Assembly: GCA_965219415.1 (NCBI GenBank)
Contig: CBDCNP010000002.1
Coordinates: 4,832,001-4,896,000, forward strand
Source: Candidatus Marinacidobacterales bacterium
GTDB lineage: Bacteria > Acidobacteriota > Vicinamibacteria > Marinacidobacterales > DATDRI01
Length of the DNA stretch: 64,000 bases
Reading direction: 5' to 3'
Below the pieces are notes generated by a model. It was not told where the DNA came from. It searched no databases and saw only the letters and a list, made by a program, of their open reading frames with translations. Each line of letters begins with the position of its first letter. The first letter of the stretch is position 1. The position numbers and the translations under genes are program-made. This document shows, in pieces, positions 20,735 to 31,510 of the stretch.

Positions 20735-23038
20735 GTGATGGTGGCGCAATACACGGCATCGAAGAGTTCGACGAAAGACGGCGCAGGATGGGTCTTAAGT
20801 TTTAGACACCCGCTGCGGAAAGACGCCCGCGGCAAGCAGGGCCGTAAGGTTCGCCGCGGGCTCAACACGTCCGATGAAACCCGGGCGCAGGTCCTGATCG
20901 ATCAGATGAACGCAATCCTCGGCGACGAGACGTGGCATAACGCGGCGAAGCGTCCAGAAGCGGAGCGGCGTTTCGATTCCATCGTCGTCCGTGCGTTCTA
21001 CGACGACATCGAATCGCCATCCACGAACTCATGGGAGGTCAGAGACCTTGCTTTCCCGCTACCGACCAGGGAAGACGGTTACGCCCAGGTGCTCATGGTT
21101 GGAACGACGGGCGCGGGGAAAACATCGCTACTGAGGCAACTTATCGGTTCCCACCCGGAACGCGACCGCTTTCCGTCCACGTCCGCGTCCAGAACCACCA
21201 TTGCCGACATCGAAGTCATTGCGTCCGACGATCCACAGTACAGGGCCGTGGTCACTTTCTTCCCCGAACAGACCGTCCACACGAATATCCATGAATGCGT
21301 CGCCGATGCCTGTACCGCACTGTGGGACTCAATACCCGACGACAAGCTCGCGGAAAGGCTGCTGACCCATCGTGACCTTCGCTTTCGCCTTGGATACGTC
21401 ATCGGGTCATGGAAACAGGTTTCTCCCTCGGAACCGCAGTCCGACGACGACGATTGGAGCTACGGTGAGACCGACAACCAGCCCCCGGAGCCTGCGCCCG
21501 AAGAAGACGGCCAGTTGCTGCCTACAGAGGTGGACATCGAAGAGATGCAGTCTCTTCTCCAGTCCTATCTTGACCGCATCAGAACGCTTGCCGACGATGT
21601 CAAGATTCAATTAGAGAACGAGCTGGACGTCGAGCTTGGCACCTTAAAAGGACTGGAAAAAGAAGCAGCCCAGGATCTGTTCGAAGACATTGTGCAGTCA
21701 CGTCCTGACTTCGATGAACTCGTCAATGACATCGTGGACGAGGTCAGGCTCCGTTTTGAGCAGATTGTCCTAGGTGAAGTCCGGACGCACACCAATGGCT
21801 GGCCGCTCTCCTGGAAGTACGAAAGCGCGGTCCGCAACGAATTCATTCGCGAAGTCCGACGGTTTTCCTCGAACTACGCCCGCGCGTTTGGCACTTTGCT
21901 GACACCGCTCGTCGATGGCATCCGCATTCGTGGGCCGTTCTTTCCGACATTTACCGATCACCGCGCTAGTCTCGTTCTAATCGACGGCGAGGGGCTAGGT
22001 CATGTTGGCGATCCCGCCGCAGGCGTTGCGTCCCGGATCGCACAGCGCTTTGCCGATGTGGATGTCATCCTGCTAGTCGATTCTGCAAAAAGTCCGATGA
22101 TGGAAGCGCCTGTTTCCGTTCTTCGCGCGGTCGCCGCCAGCGGCTACCAGAAGAAGCTGGCCTTCTCCTTTACGCATTTCGATCTTATGAAAGGGCAGGC
22201 GAATCTCCCAAACTTTCAGGCACAACGCGCGCACGTATTGTCCGCCGTTCGCCAGAAACTCATCGCCCTGCGTGAGATCGTCGGCCAGCCCGCCGTGCGG
22301 GCGATCGAGCGCGAACTAGATGAGCGTTGTTTCATGCCTGGGTTTCTCGACCGCCCTCTAACGGAGAGACAGCGCGGTCCGGTCCGCGAGATTCTGAAAT
22401 TGATCAAATTCTGTGAAGGTGCCATAACCCCCGCGGAAGAGACCGCTGTCTGCCCAGTCTATGATACGGCGGGGCTTGTCCTCGCGATCCAGGCCGCGGC
22501 CACAGAATTCCACGCCCGCTGGAATGCCATCCTTTTCACTGGCTCCAGCAATGTCTCCAAAGCTCATTGGACCCAAGTCAAGGCGCTCAACCGCCGTGTC
22601 GTTCTCGACATTGACGGGGGTGAGTATAAGAGCCTGAAGCCAGTTGCCGACCTTGTCGCGCGGCTGTCGGAGTCGATCACGAGGTTTCTTGACAAACCGA
22701 TCCGGTGGGAGCCGCAAATGCCTGCCATAGCAGAAGCTGATGAGGCACTCTTGCGCGTACAGCGGGCGGTTTTCTCCCAGCTTCACGCCTTCGTTGAAAC
22801 CAAACTCATTCGTGTGCCGCGCAGGGACTGGATGAGGGCATTCGATTACAGTGGGCCCGGGTCCACCTATGCCCGTGCGGATGTCATCCGCATGATTTGC
22901 GAGAGGTCCGCCCCCATACCGGGCCCTGCGCTCGATGCGCACTCAGAAGAGTTTCTCCGCGAAGTCAGAATTCTGCTTCACGAGGCGATCCACGAAGGCC
23001 ATGGCAAACTAGTCAGCGATGTTCTCGGTGAGGATTGA
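20735..23038 (+). CDS. Large P-loop GTPase-like protein with an N-terminal Arm-like DNA-binding region
   Basis: GTTGAGKT (G1), SRTT (G2), LIDGEG (G3), THFD (G4-like); AGGAGG RBS. Confidence 0.75.
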   Translation: MMVAQYTASKSSTKDGAGWVLSFRHPLRKDARGKQGRKVRRGLNTSDETRAQVLIDQMNAILGDETWHNAAKRPEAERRFDSIVVRAFYDDIESPSTNSWEVRDLAFPLPTREDGYAQVLMVGTTGAGKTSLLRQLIGSHPERDRFPSTSASRTTIADIEVIASDDPQYRAVVTFFPEQTVHTNIHECVADACTALWDSIPDDKLAERLLTHRDLRFRLGYVIGSWKQVSPSEPQSDDDDWSYGETDNQPPEPAPEEDGQLLPTEVDIEEMQSLLQSYLDRIRTLADDVKIQLENELDVELGTLKGLEKEAAQDLFEDIVQSRPDFDELVNDIVDEVRLRFEQIVLGEVRTHTNGWPLSWKYESAVRNEFIREVRRFSSNYARAFGTLLTPLVDGIRIRGPFFPTFTDHRASLVLIDGEGLGHVGDPAAGVASRIAQRFADVDVILLVDSAKSPMMEAPVSVLRAVAASGYQKKLAFSFTHFDLMKGQANLPNFQAQRAHVLSAVRQKLIALREIVGQPAVRAIERELDERCFMPGFLDRPLTERQRGPVREILKLIKFCEGAITPAEETAVCPVYDTAGLVLAIQAAATEFHARWNAILFTGSSNVSKAHWTQVKALNRRVVLDIDGGEYKSLKPVADLVARLSESITRFLDKPIRWEPQMPAIAEADEALLRVQRAVFSQLHAFVETKLIRVPRRDWMRAFDYSGPGSTYARADVIRMICERSAPIPGPALDAHSEEFLREVRILLHEAIHEGHGKLVSDVLGED

Positions 23039-23118
23039 ACGGGCGCGAACCCACGGTATTAACACCGTGGCCGTTTCTCGCAAGTGGAAACGGATAGTGT
23101 ATCAAATTGACTGTAGAG

Positions 23119-23718
23119 ATGAGCAAACGCATTCTTGAAAAATGGGCTGACAGCCTTGTCACGGCAGGGCGTGAACCCGCCTGCGAAACCGTTGACGAGT
23201 TCGATCGGGTCCTCAGCGATGCAGCCGATGAGCGCCCCCTGCAAACTTTCCTCGCATCGTCTCCAGTACTTCTTGGCCCCCTGGCACCGACTGGCAGTAA
23301 CTATTGGTGTCTTGATCGGCCACGGCTTGGTGCTGAGCATGTACCTGACTTTCTCCTGGCGTCCATCACTTCTGTTGGATTCCGTTGGGTCATGATCGAG
23401 CTGGAGAACCCAAATGAGAAGGCGCTAACGAAGGCCGGTGTGCCCGCCAAGAAGCTCGCCGAAGCGCTCGGGCAGGTGCGGGACTGGCGCATATGGCTTA
23501 CGGACAATATTGCCTACGCGCGTGAGGGACTCGGGCTGAAGGACGTTGACGCCAACTGTATGGCATTTATCATCATCGGGCGACGTAGCAGTCTCGAACC
23601 GAAACAGATCAAGAAATACAGGGCGCTCTCAACTGATGCAGTCACGGTAATGTCTTACGACCGCCTCCACGATCATATAAAGAGTAGTGCCTGCAAGAGC
23701 GAGGTCCGGAATGGATAA
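23119..23718 (+). CDS. Minimal Shedu/DUF4263-type nuclease
   Basis: E..LQ.FL, PDFLL, IELENP, ALGQVRDW, IIGRR, SYD motifs. Confidence 0.8.
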   Translation: MSKRILEKWADSLVTAGREPACETVDEFDRVLSDAADERPLQTFLASSPVLLGPLAPTGSNYWCLDRPRLGAEHVPDFLLASITSVGFRWVMIELENPNEKALTKAGVPAKKLAEALGQVRDWRIWLTDNIAYAREGLGLKDVDANCMAFIIIGRRSSLEPKQIKKYRALSTDAVTVMSYDRLHDHIKSSACKSEVRNG

Positions 23719-25561
23719 CGGCGAGATAGAACGGTTTTTTCGTGATACCGATGTTTGCATCTGGCAGAACCCTTCACTGCGCGAACCGCAGATAGACGGC
23801 TACTTCGCGATTCGTGACCACTTCAAGCACAGCGACGAACCGTGCTACGTCCAGCTCCCGGTTGGTTGCGGCAAGACGGGCCTGATGGGACTGACGCCCT
23901 TTAGTGTCGCAAAAGGCCGTATTCTTATCATTGCCCCGAATCTTACAATCCGGGAAAACATACGGCGTGAACTCAATGTCAGCCATCCGAACTGCTTCTA
24001 TAGCAAGAGGGGGGTGTTCGTCCCTAAAGACGGCCCCTACCTGTCCGAACTCAAAACTGGTGCAAATATTCATGATTGCGATGCTGCTCACATCGTTATC
24101 GCCAATATCCAGCAGTTCTCCGGATCACGCAACAAATGGTACGAGGCGCTGCCGGCCGACTACTTTGACATGATCTTGTTTGACGAAGGACACCATAATG
24201 TCGCCGAGACCTGGACGCGACTCTGCGAGTATTTCAGCGACGCCAAGGTTGTCTCGTTTACTGCGACCCCGATGCGCTCGGATGGGAAGGTGGTTTCAGG
24301 CAAGCAGGTCTACAGGTTCGGCTACGGACGCTCAATGATCATGGGCTTCATTTCGCAGATCGACGCGCTCTTCGTCAAACCCACCGAGCTTACGTTCTCT
24401 ATCGAGGGAACGACCAACACGCTCGGCATCTCCGAGATCATGGAGATGCGCGAAAAAGACTGGTTCAGCCGCGGCGTTGCGGTTTCGGAAGAGTGCAACC
24501 GCAGTATTGTGAACGCCTCCGTTCAGCAACTTCACCACATGCGGACTCTGGGGTCGCCCCGGCAGTTGATCGCCGTCGCGTGCTCCATCCGCCACGCGGA
24601 TCAGGTTGCGGCTCTGTACAAAGAACATGGCCTGCGGGTCGAGGTTCTGAACAGCGACCTGAAAGACGACGAGCGCGACCGCATTGAGGCAACCTTGCGC
24701 AGCGGCGTTACCGACGTTGTCGTGCAGGTGAATATTCTTGGAGAGGGCTACGATCTGCCAACACTGTCCGTAGCCGCCGTATTTCGTCCTTACCGAAGTC
24801 TCTCACCGTACGTACAGTTCGTCGGGCGTATCCTGCGTCTTGCACAACCGGATACGCCGTACTCCCACACCAACCGGGTCTGCCTTGTTTCTCATATCGG
24901 TCTCAACGATGACCGATGGTGGAGCGATTTTACGAACTTCGACAATGACGATCAGCAATTCTTCCACGAATACCTGCAAGGAGAACTTGAAATCGAGGGT
25001 GAAGGCGAGGGATCGCCTCGACTCACACTCCGTCCGTTTATGCGTGTCCTGAATGAAGTTGTCGAGAGTTACCAGCGCAAAGGGTACTTGAAGAAAATTG
25101 ATGACGTAATGATCGGAGAGCTGTTCGACACGATCAGGGAGAAGGGATTTGAGCCGGCCGACTTCGGCCTGACGGAAGAGGTTGTGAGGAGACGCTTGGC
25201 CGCGGCTCAGACCGAAGGGCAGGTCTCGGCGTTTAACCCGGTTATCCAACCGCAGGAGCGCCGTGAGGCGCTCAGGGGCAGGCTGCAACAGGAAACGCGA
25301 TCCATTGCCGACACCGTCGTGAACCGCATGGGACTTAAGCACCGGGGACGAGACCTCCTGAAAAGCTTTTCCGGTAACCACAACTCCGAGATTCTCATCA
25401 GGCTCGCGAGTGCGGAACAGAACAACGTGATGGGGCTTCCTTCCGGGCAACGCCAGTTGGCGAATATTGTCCAGCTTGAGAGCGCAATCAATGCGTCCCC
25501 GGACATCGCCGACAAACTATCCACCCTTGTCAGGGAGAAGCTCAAAGATGCCGCGTCCTAA
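23711..25561 (+). CDS. Superfamily 2 DExH helicase (ResIII-like)
   Basis: LREPQ, PVGCGKT, DEGHH, TATP, GEGYDLP, QFVGRILR; overlaps the upstream stop codon. Confidence 0.9.
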   Translation: MDNGEIERFFRDTDVCIWQNPSLREPQIDGYFAIRDHFKHSDEPCYVQLPVGCGKTGLMGLTPFSVAKGRILIIAPNLTIRENIRRELNVSHPNCFYSKRGVFVPKDGPYLSELKTGANIHDCDAAHIVIANIQQFSGSRNKWYEALPADYFDMILFDEGHHNVAETWTRLCEYFSDAKVVSFTATPMRSDGKVVSGKQVYRFGYGRSMIMGFISQIDALFVKPTELTFSIEGTTNTLGISEIMEMREKDWFSRGVAVSEECNRSIVNASVQQLHHMRTLGSPRQLIAVACSIRHADQVAALYKEHGLRVEVLNSDLKDDERDRIEATLRSGVTDVVVQVNILGEGYDLPTLSVAAVFRPYRSLSPYVQFVGRILRLAQPDTPYSHTNRVCLVSHIGLNDDRWWSDFTNFDNDDQQFFHEYLQGELEIEGEGEGSPRLTLRPFMRVLNEVVESYQRKGYLKKIDDVMIGELFDTIREKGFEPADFGLTEEVVRRRLAAAQTEGQVSAFNPVIQPQERREALRGRLQQETRSIADTVVNRMGLKHRGRDLLKSFSGNHNSEILIRLASAEQNNVMGLPSGQRQLANIVQLESAINASPDIADKLSTLVREKLKDAAS

Positions 25562-25781
25562 ACAAATGGTTAAACGGTCCGAGGTCGAGGTCGCAAAGGC
25601 TCGGCGGACATGCAAGTTCACGAACGAGCCGATCACCAAGGGCTCGGTCTGCCTTGTTGTTTATGACGGTCCGCAGGACCGATCATGTTACTCGCGCGAC
25701 ATTGCGCTTGAAATGATCAGGCTGGGACGCCAACGACTTGACGACCTGGAGAATGAACTGTCCAAGGAGCAACACTCCTGA
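25548..25781 (+). CDS. Small protein translationally coupled to the helicase
   Basis: ATG overlaps the helicase end; AKARRTCKFTNEPITKG loosely resembles a PARP-type Zn-finger N-terminus. Confidence 0.6.
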   Translation: MPRPKQMVKRSEVEVAKARRTCKFTNEPITKGSVCLVVYDGPQDRSCYSRDIALEMIRLGRQRLDDLENELSKEQHS

Positions 25782-26268
25782 TGGCAGGCAGGCTGGAGAT
25801 AGGTCAACGAGTGGATAGGCGCTGCGTCGTGCCCGTCGAGCTGAATCCGGTCGTAACAGGCGACGGTCGCGTGTTACGACCCTTAACTGGAGAGTGCCCC
25901 TGTGAGTAGTTCGATTGTAGTTCAGCTGCCCGAACGACCCCGTCCTGTGCCGGTGCTTACGCTGTTTGCTGTTGGTGATGTGTACGTATCCCTTTGCAAA
26001 AAAATCGCTTACGCTTCATTTAGCGCGCGGCGAAGGTCGCGAGCGCTATTTTGGCTGTAATTTAATGCAGCGTAAAGTCTTAGCGTCATCTCACCAACAC
26101 TTAATGGCAGAAGCACCCCATTACATGCGATGGCGGTCGTCGGCACACGCAGACCAACTGACACTAGCATTCAAACGCGGCGTAGCAACACTTGATGGCG
26201 GAAGCGCCCACGGAACTATTAAGCGTTTCAAGATATTGGTGCATTTATAGACGCATTACAGAATGCAC

Positions 26269-26298
26269 TTGACAATAAAACATTACTGATGTTAAGAT
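26269..26298 (+). promoter_or_regulatory. Sigma70-type promoter
   Basis: TTGACA (26269), 18 bp spacer, TGn-extended TAAGAT (26293). Confidence 0.7.
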
Positions 26299-26317
26299 TC
26301 TTGTGGAGAAAACATTT

Positions 26318-26692
26318 ATGGCATTTGAGACCTTCAAGCGCAAGTCCAGACCATTCGTCAACGATCCAATTGTAGGCATTCAGACGCGTGGCACCCTATC
26401 TTTAAACGCAGCCGCCTTCAATCTTCTGAAAGGCGGTCGTGATGTCGAGAAATTGTACGCCGAGCTTCTATTCGATCCGGAAAATCATATCGTTGGTATA
26501 CGAGCGGCCGACAAGGGAGCATCAAACAGCTACATCGTCCGCAAGCAAAATTATGCAGAATCTTATCTTATGACAGCAAGGGCATTTGTCGTGTATTACG
26601 GTATTGAACACGGGGAGGCAAGGCACTATTCTCTGAAGGACTTCGGTGACGGTATAGTCGGGTTCTCGTTGAAGAACGATCTGATATGTTGA
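26318..26692 (+). CDS. Small hypothetical protein
   Basis: GGAG RBS and promoter upstream; 124 aa beta-rich ORF. Confidence 0.65.
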   Translation: MAFETFKRKSRPFVNDPIVGIQTRGTLSLNAAAFNLLKGGRDVEKLYAELLFDPENHIVGIRAADKGASNSYIVRKQNYAESYLMTARAFVVYYGIEHGEARHYSLKDFGDGIVGFSLKNDLIC

Positions 26693-26710
26693 CGGAGTTT
26701 TCGACAGGAA

Positions 26711-26744
26711 AGAGGGGCGACGGAACTAGTTCCGCCGCCCCTCT
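26711..26744 (+). other. Strong GC-rich hairpin directly upstream of the tRNA-like gene
   Basis: AGAGGGGCG-A-CGGAAC-TA-GTTCCG-C-CGCCCCTCT; no U-tract. Confidence 0.7.
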
Positions 26745-26751
26745 CGCTAAA

Positions 26752-26858
26752 GGCGGGGTGACTGACCGGTAAGGTCCGGGGTTAGCAACCCTTGGGCGGG
26801 CACGTTGGTTGTGACGCCTGGCGTGCCCGAGCGGGTTCGATTCCCGTCCCCGTCTCCA
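26752..26858 (+). tRNA. Non-canonical tRNA-like gene (107 nt, very long variable arm, AGC or GCA anticodon reading, encoded CCA)
   Basis: Acceptor GGCGGGG/CCCCGTC plus T-CCA; T-arm GCGGG-TTCGATT-CCCGT; D-loop GG; anticodon loop TTAGCAA. Confidence 0.75.
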
Positions 26859-27080
26859 GGCCCCATCTAGTACACGGAATACGGTGGCGTTGTCAAACAA
26901 GTTCTTGGCGGCGCGACCAGCTATGACCTCCTGTGCCTTCTATTTATTCATCCGCCAGCCCATGGGTCGGAAGTCAGCCCTGCGGCGCGAATTACCCTGG
27001 ATTCTGCGCGGATTCCAAGGGCGTCTAAGCTGCTAATTTGTGGTCTATTTCAAAAGGGCCGAGTTTTGGCACAGGACGGG

Positions 27081-28245
27081 AGGCGACGAGCCGGAAGTAC
27101 GCGGTGACGGCGGCGACACTGACGAGTTGGCGCGATGCGTTTCTGCAAGGAGGCGAGGACGGGCTGAAGAGCCGGACGAGGGAGGTAGCGGACGAGGAGA
27201 AGAAGACGCTGAAGTCCGCAGTGACCGGTCTGGTGATGGACAACGAGCTGTTGAAGGAACGCATCCGGCAGCTGGAGGATGAGAAGCCTTTTCTACGGTG
27301 GAGGTCGAACAGATGAGCCGGACCAAGTCGCCCTCCACCGGAACGCCGTATGGTCTGGCCCGAGTCTTGGGGGCCTGGGGCATGCCCCGGTCGACGTACT
27401 ATTGGCAACGGACTCGGCGGCACAATCCGCTCGAGGCACGCAAGCGCGGACCGAAGACCGCGTTCAGCGACAAGGAACTGACCGAACGGCTCCGGCAGGA
27501 GATCGCGGCCTTGCCGTTTACCGGAGAAGGCCATCGTAAATTCTGGGCTCGGCTCCGGTTCGCGGGTGTCCGGATCTCGAAGGCCCGGGTCCTGCGCTTG
27601 ATGCGGGACGCGCAGCTGCTGGCGCCCCAGCGGCAAGCGGCGCCCGTCGCCGAGAAGGTGCATACCGGAACCATCGTGACCGAGCGCCCGAATCAGATGT
27701 GGGGTATTGACGCCACAGCCACCGTGACGATCGAGGAGGGCCAGGTCACCGTGTTCGCCGCAGTCGATCATTGCACTGCGGAGTGTGTCGGCATCCATGC
27801 GGTCAAACGGGCGACTCGTTTTGAGGCCCTGGACCCGATCCGGCAAGGCGTTAACGAGCACTTCGGTGGCTTTCACGCCCATGGCGCGACAGGACTCCAG
27901 CTTCGCCACGATCACGGATCGCAGTTCATGAGCGATGACTTTCAGAACGAAATCCGGTTCCTCGGGATCGAGTCCTCGCCCGCCTTCGTCCGTGAACCCG
28001 AGGGCAACGGCTGCATCGAACGTTTTTTCAGAACGCTCAAGGAACAATTGCTCTGGGTTCGCCACTTCCGTTCCATACCGGAACTGGTTCACGCCCTTCA
28101 GGAGTTCCGCGCTCTCTACAACCGATCCTGGTTGATCGAGCGCCTTGGATTTCAATCTCCGATTCAGGCGCGAAAACGTCTTGCGCTCGAACCGGCTGCT
28201 TGATTATGGTGGGCTCGTTCTGTCCAAGAAATCAGGGGCGCAACA
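27081..28245 (+). mobile_element. IS3-family (type 1), 5'-truncated; intact orfB at 27313-28203
   Basis: WGIDAT, HDHGSQF, GNGCIERFFRTLKE motifs; right end …GGGGCGCAACA. Confidence 0.85.
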
Positions 28246-29051
28246 TGAGGCCCAATTCGAGACAAGATAAGGGCATCAAGGAGGCCTAGGCGCACCTGGA
28301 CCAGAACGTGCTAGTCGGCTACGCCAAGGTAGCCCTGGCCTCGATTCTGGACCCTTCGGGCGGCCTCTTTTCCGACGCTGCACGGCCCTGTCAGCGGCCC
28401 GCTCCCCCCTTTGGCGCGAACGTGGCACTCGAAAATCGAGATTAGAGACGAAAACCGAAAATGAGGCCAGTTCAGCCCTTCTAGCGCGTCTCTGGTGACA
28501 CCTGATCCTGCAAAACCGCGCCAACGGCGCGGAAAATCTCACCCGTCTCTGCAGTGCCACAATTGGCCAGACTGGGTGGCGGATGGTGCAGTTCGGAGCT
28601 ATCCGGTCTCGGTAAAAGGTGTATTGCGAGTTTTGCAAGTCTAATGTGGCCCTTTCGCCGCGCGTGTGGTGGGGCAATGTAGCGAAAACTCAGATTTCTA
28701 GACGGCAATCTCAACCTCCTTGACGCCTGTAAGAGGGCCGTGTTGTAAACCCTCCGACGGAGGCTCTACTCGTAAATCATTGTAGTGAAAAGCTATTACG
28801 CCTCATCGATGGACGCGTCGTCGACGGGAACACCTTTCCGACTATCGCAGTCGTAAGGCTTAAGTGGGGGCAAGTGGAGCTATTCGGGTCTTGGCAGCAA
28901 ACAAGCAGTAACGGTGCAAAACAGGTCATAAAAATGCAATTGGAGGGCATTTCGGGGCCGAATCGAGCGCTAATCTCTCAGCTAGTGGGAAAACGCCGTC
29001 GTGTCCAAAAACACAAACGAACTCAAGACCCGCACGCCGCCGATGTCATCA

Positions 29052-29718
29052 TTAGTAAGGGGCGATGCCGTTCGCCGACTGATGGAGACCAAGAGCGAGC
29101 GTGGCCGCCGCCGCGGGTTCGCTTACAGCGTGGTCTACTGCGATGAGGGCGCGCTGTTTCTCCCAATCGTCGGGGAGTGGATGATGCAAGAGGTAGCTCG
29201 AGGTCAGCCCAACGGGCTGACGGCCTTCGACAATGGCACGGACGATGTCGGGAGCCAGGAATGCATAACGGATTGCCTTGCGCACGCGGTCCGTTGGGAT
29301 GGCGTCTTCGGTGGCAATCTGCTCATAGGTTTTGCCTGCTTTGATTCGGTCGAGCCAGGAGAGGGCGTTGGCGATATTGCGCAGGAGTGTGCGGTCGACG
29401 GATTTCGTGGGGTTGCCCAGAACGAGCTTGGTCTCGACGCCGCGTCGACGCAAGCGGAACGGTGCGTGGATGCGGAGTGCATCCTCGCGAATGCGGTCGG
29501 GTCCCATAGACAGGCAATCAGCGAACGAATTGCGGTCGAGCAGGATGGACACAGAGCCTGGGCTGATATCGACCCGCCGGATGAAACGGAGCAGGCTGGC
29601 TGCCGAGGCACTATCATCATTACTACCGGAACACAGCCCGTCTAAAAAGCGACGCACCGAGGCGAGCTCTTGCATCGTCGGAGTGTGGATCAACGAGGCC
29701 GAGAAGGTCGTGGCATCC
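29052..29718 (-). pseudogene. C-terminal fragment of a large serine recombinase family protein
   Basis: RRRGVETKLVL, AFLAPDIVRAIVEGRQP, LPDDW..Q motifs; cut by rve-C. Confidence 0.7.
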
Positions 29719-31003
29719 TGTCCATCATCATTATTTGTCCGGGACTGGACTCTAGGCCCGGACTGCCCTCGAGCACATGCTGGAGCGCGTGGTCAGCGCG
29801 CGAGGGAAGGTGCTGAGGACGAACTTCTCGGCGACCAGCCGAGTAACGCGAGCGACCAAGCTGACTCAGGCTGCCTCTCGCCACTCGTATCGATGGTGCA
29901 ATCCACCGACTCGAGGCAGTGCGACGACTTTCGCCGTAGGAGACGGTCGGTGCGTGACCGCTCTCAAGCTCGGTGTGTCCTTGTTCAGCCCCAAGTGGCA
30001 ACGGTCCTCATGATAGTAGCTGATGTAAGCTCGCACGAGCCGGATGAGATGACATGCGCCGAGAACCACGACGTGCTCAAGGAGCTCGCGACGGCAGCTT
30101 CCGACCCACCGCTCCGCAGTTCCGTTTTGCCATGGGCTGCGAAACGAAGTGCGAACGGGTTTTGTGCCCGTTGCCTTGATGAACTCGATGACCGCAGCGC
30201 TAAAGATGAAGTCGCGATCGAAGATGAGATATTTCGGAGCGGTGTCGTAGGGAAACGCCTCACGCAGTTGCTGAATAACCCAAGCAGACGTCGGGTGGAA
30301 CGTGGCGTTGAAGTGAACGATGTGCCGACGGCCGTGCTCGATGACGAAGAAGCCGTACAGCAGCCGGAGCGAAGCGGTGGGCACGGTGAACAGATCCATG
30401 GCGGCGATATCGTCTTTATGGTTGCGCAAGAAAGCCATCCATCGTTTCAGCTGGTCGGGCTCCGCGGGACGCCGCGGCAGGTATCGCGATAACGTAATCT
30501 CGGAGATGATGCAACCGAGCTTGGTGAGCTCAGCATGGATGCGTGGCGCCCCCCAGCCGTCTTGCGCCATCGTGCGGACGAGGCGGCGAATCTCGGCATC
30601 AATCCGAGGCCGACCGGGATGGCGGCGCTGCGACATCTTTGCCCAGTACCGTCGGAATCGGTCGCGATGCCAACGGGCCACGGTGTCCGCGTGGACGATG
30701 AGCAGGCGGCTCGCCCACACGGGCCACGAACCCCGAAGAGCAACCCAGAAAGCCCGTTCCGTGTCTTCGAGCGGTGGGCGTGGGCGCTCTTTCTTCAGCG
30801 CCGTCACTTGCTGCCGCAAAGCGACGTTCTCCAACACCAGGTCGGCACGGCGCCGACACATCGCCCGAATGACACGGACGCCAAGTGAGACGAGGAAGAC
30901 AACAACGTCGAGCATAGCGGCGGAGTTTCGCCGTCTTCGGCCCGGAATTCAAGCGGAGCGTAAGTCTTTGATTTCGTGGGCGGAGCAGTTATGACGATGC
31001 ACA
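29719..31003 (-). mobile_element. rve-integrase IS 'element C' (TGT…ACA ends); transposase at 29866-30915
   Basis: TGTCCATCATCA / TGACGATGCACA ends; AMDLF, FDRD, QNGTAERW motifs. Confidence 0.88.
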
Positions 31004-31485
31004 GCACCAACTTGCTCCAACATTGCCCGGCGCACGCACGCCGTGAGCTCCGGCGTAACTACAACCGGATCGTCTACGCCAAGAACGGGATCGATGCTCG
31101 CAAAGCCTATGACGAGCTCGTCGCCATGTGGACGCCTCTCGTGCCGGCCGTCGTCCGAAGCCTAGAGGAAGCCGGTAATCAGCTGCTGACCTTCTACGAA
31201 TTCCCTCGTGCCATGTGGAAATCGATTCGAACGACCAATGCTCTGGAGAATCTCAACCGCGAGTTTCGACGCCGGACGAAAACCCAAGCGTCGTTCTCCA
31301 GCGAGGAGTCTGCGGTCGCTTTGCTGTTTGGGCTTATCGCCTCTGGCCAGATTCAACTACGACGCATCGACGGCTACCAACGTCTGAGCGAGGTTCTCGA
31401 ACACGCGGAGGCTGCCGCCTGATATGATACTCTGATGACGGAGTGGAGGGCGCCGTTCTTTTTCCACGGACCTCGGGACACATCC
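31004..31485 (+). mobile_element. IS256-family 3' remnant; other pieces at ~5146-5297, 14827-14860, 46188-46290
   Basis: FPRAMWKSIRTTNALENLNREFRRRTK motif. Confidence 0.8.
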
Positions 31486-31510
31486 AAGACGGCCGCTTGA
31501 TTATGGAATT

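Noticed and set aside
26843-26854. CCCGTCCCCGTC in the tRNA-like 3' end resembling the element A cap (tRNA targeting)
   Set aside because: The match is only 7 bp, is explained by T-stem and acceptor pairing, and no element is inserted there.
28250-28990. Possible degenerate att or res site linked to the serine recombinase fragment
   Set aside because: No partner repeat or clear dyad found, and it is separated from the fragment by an F end.
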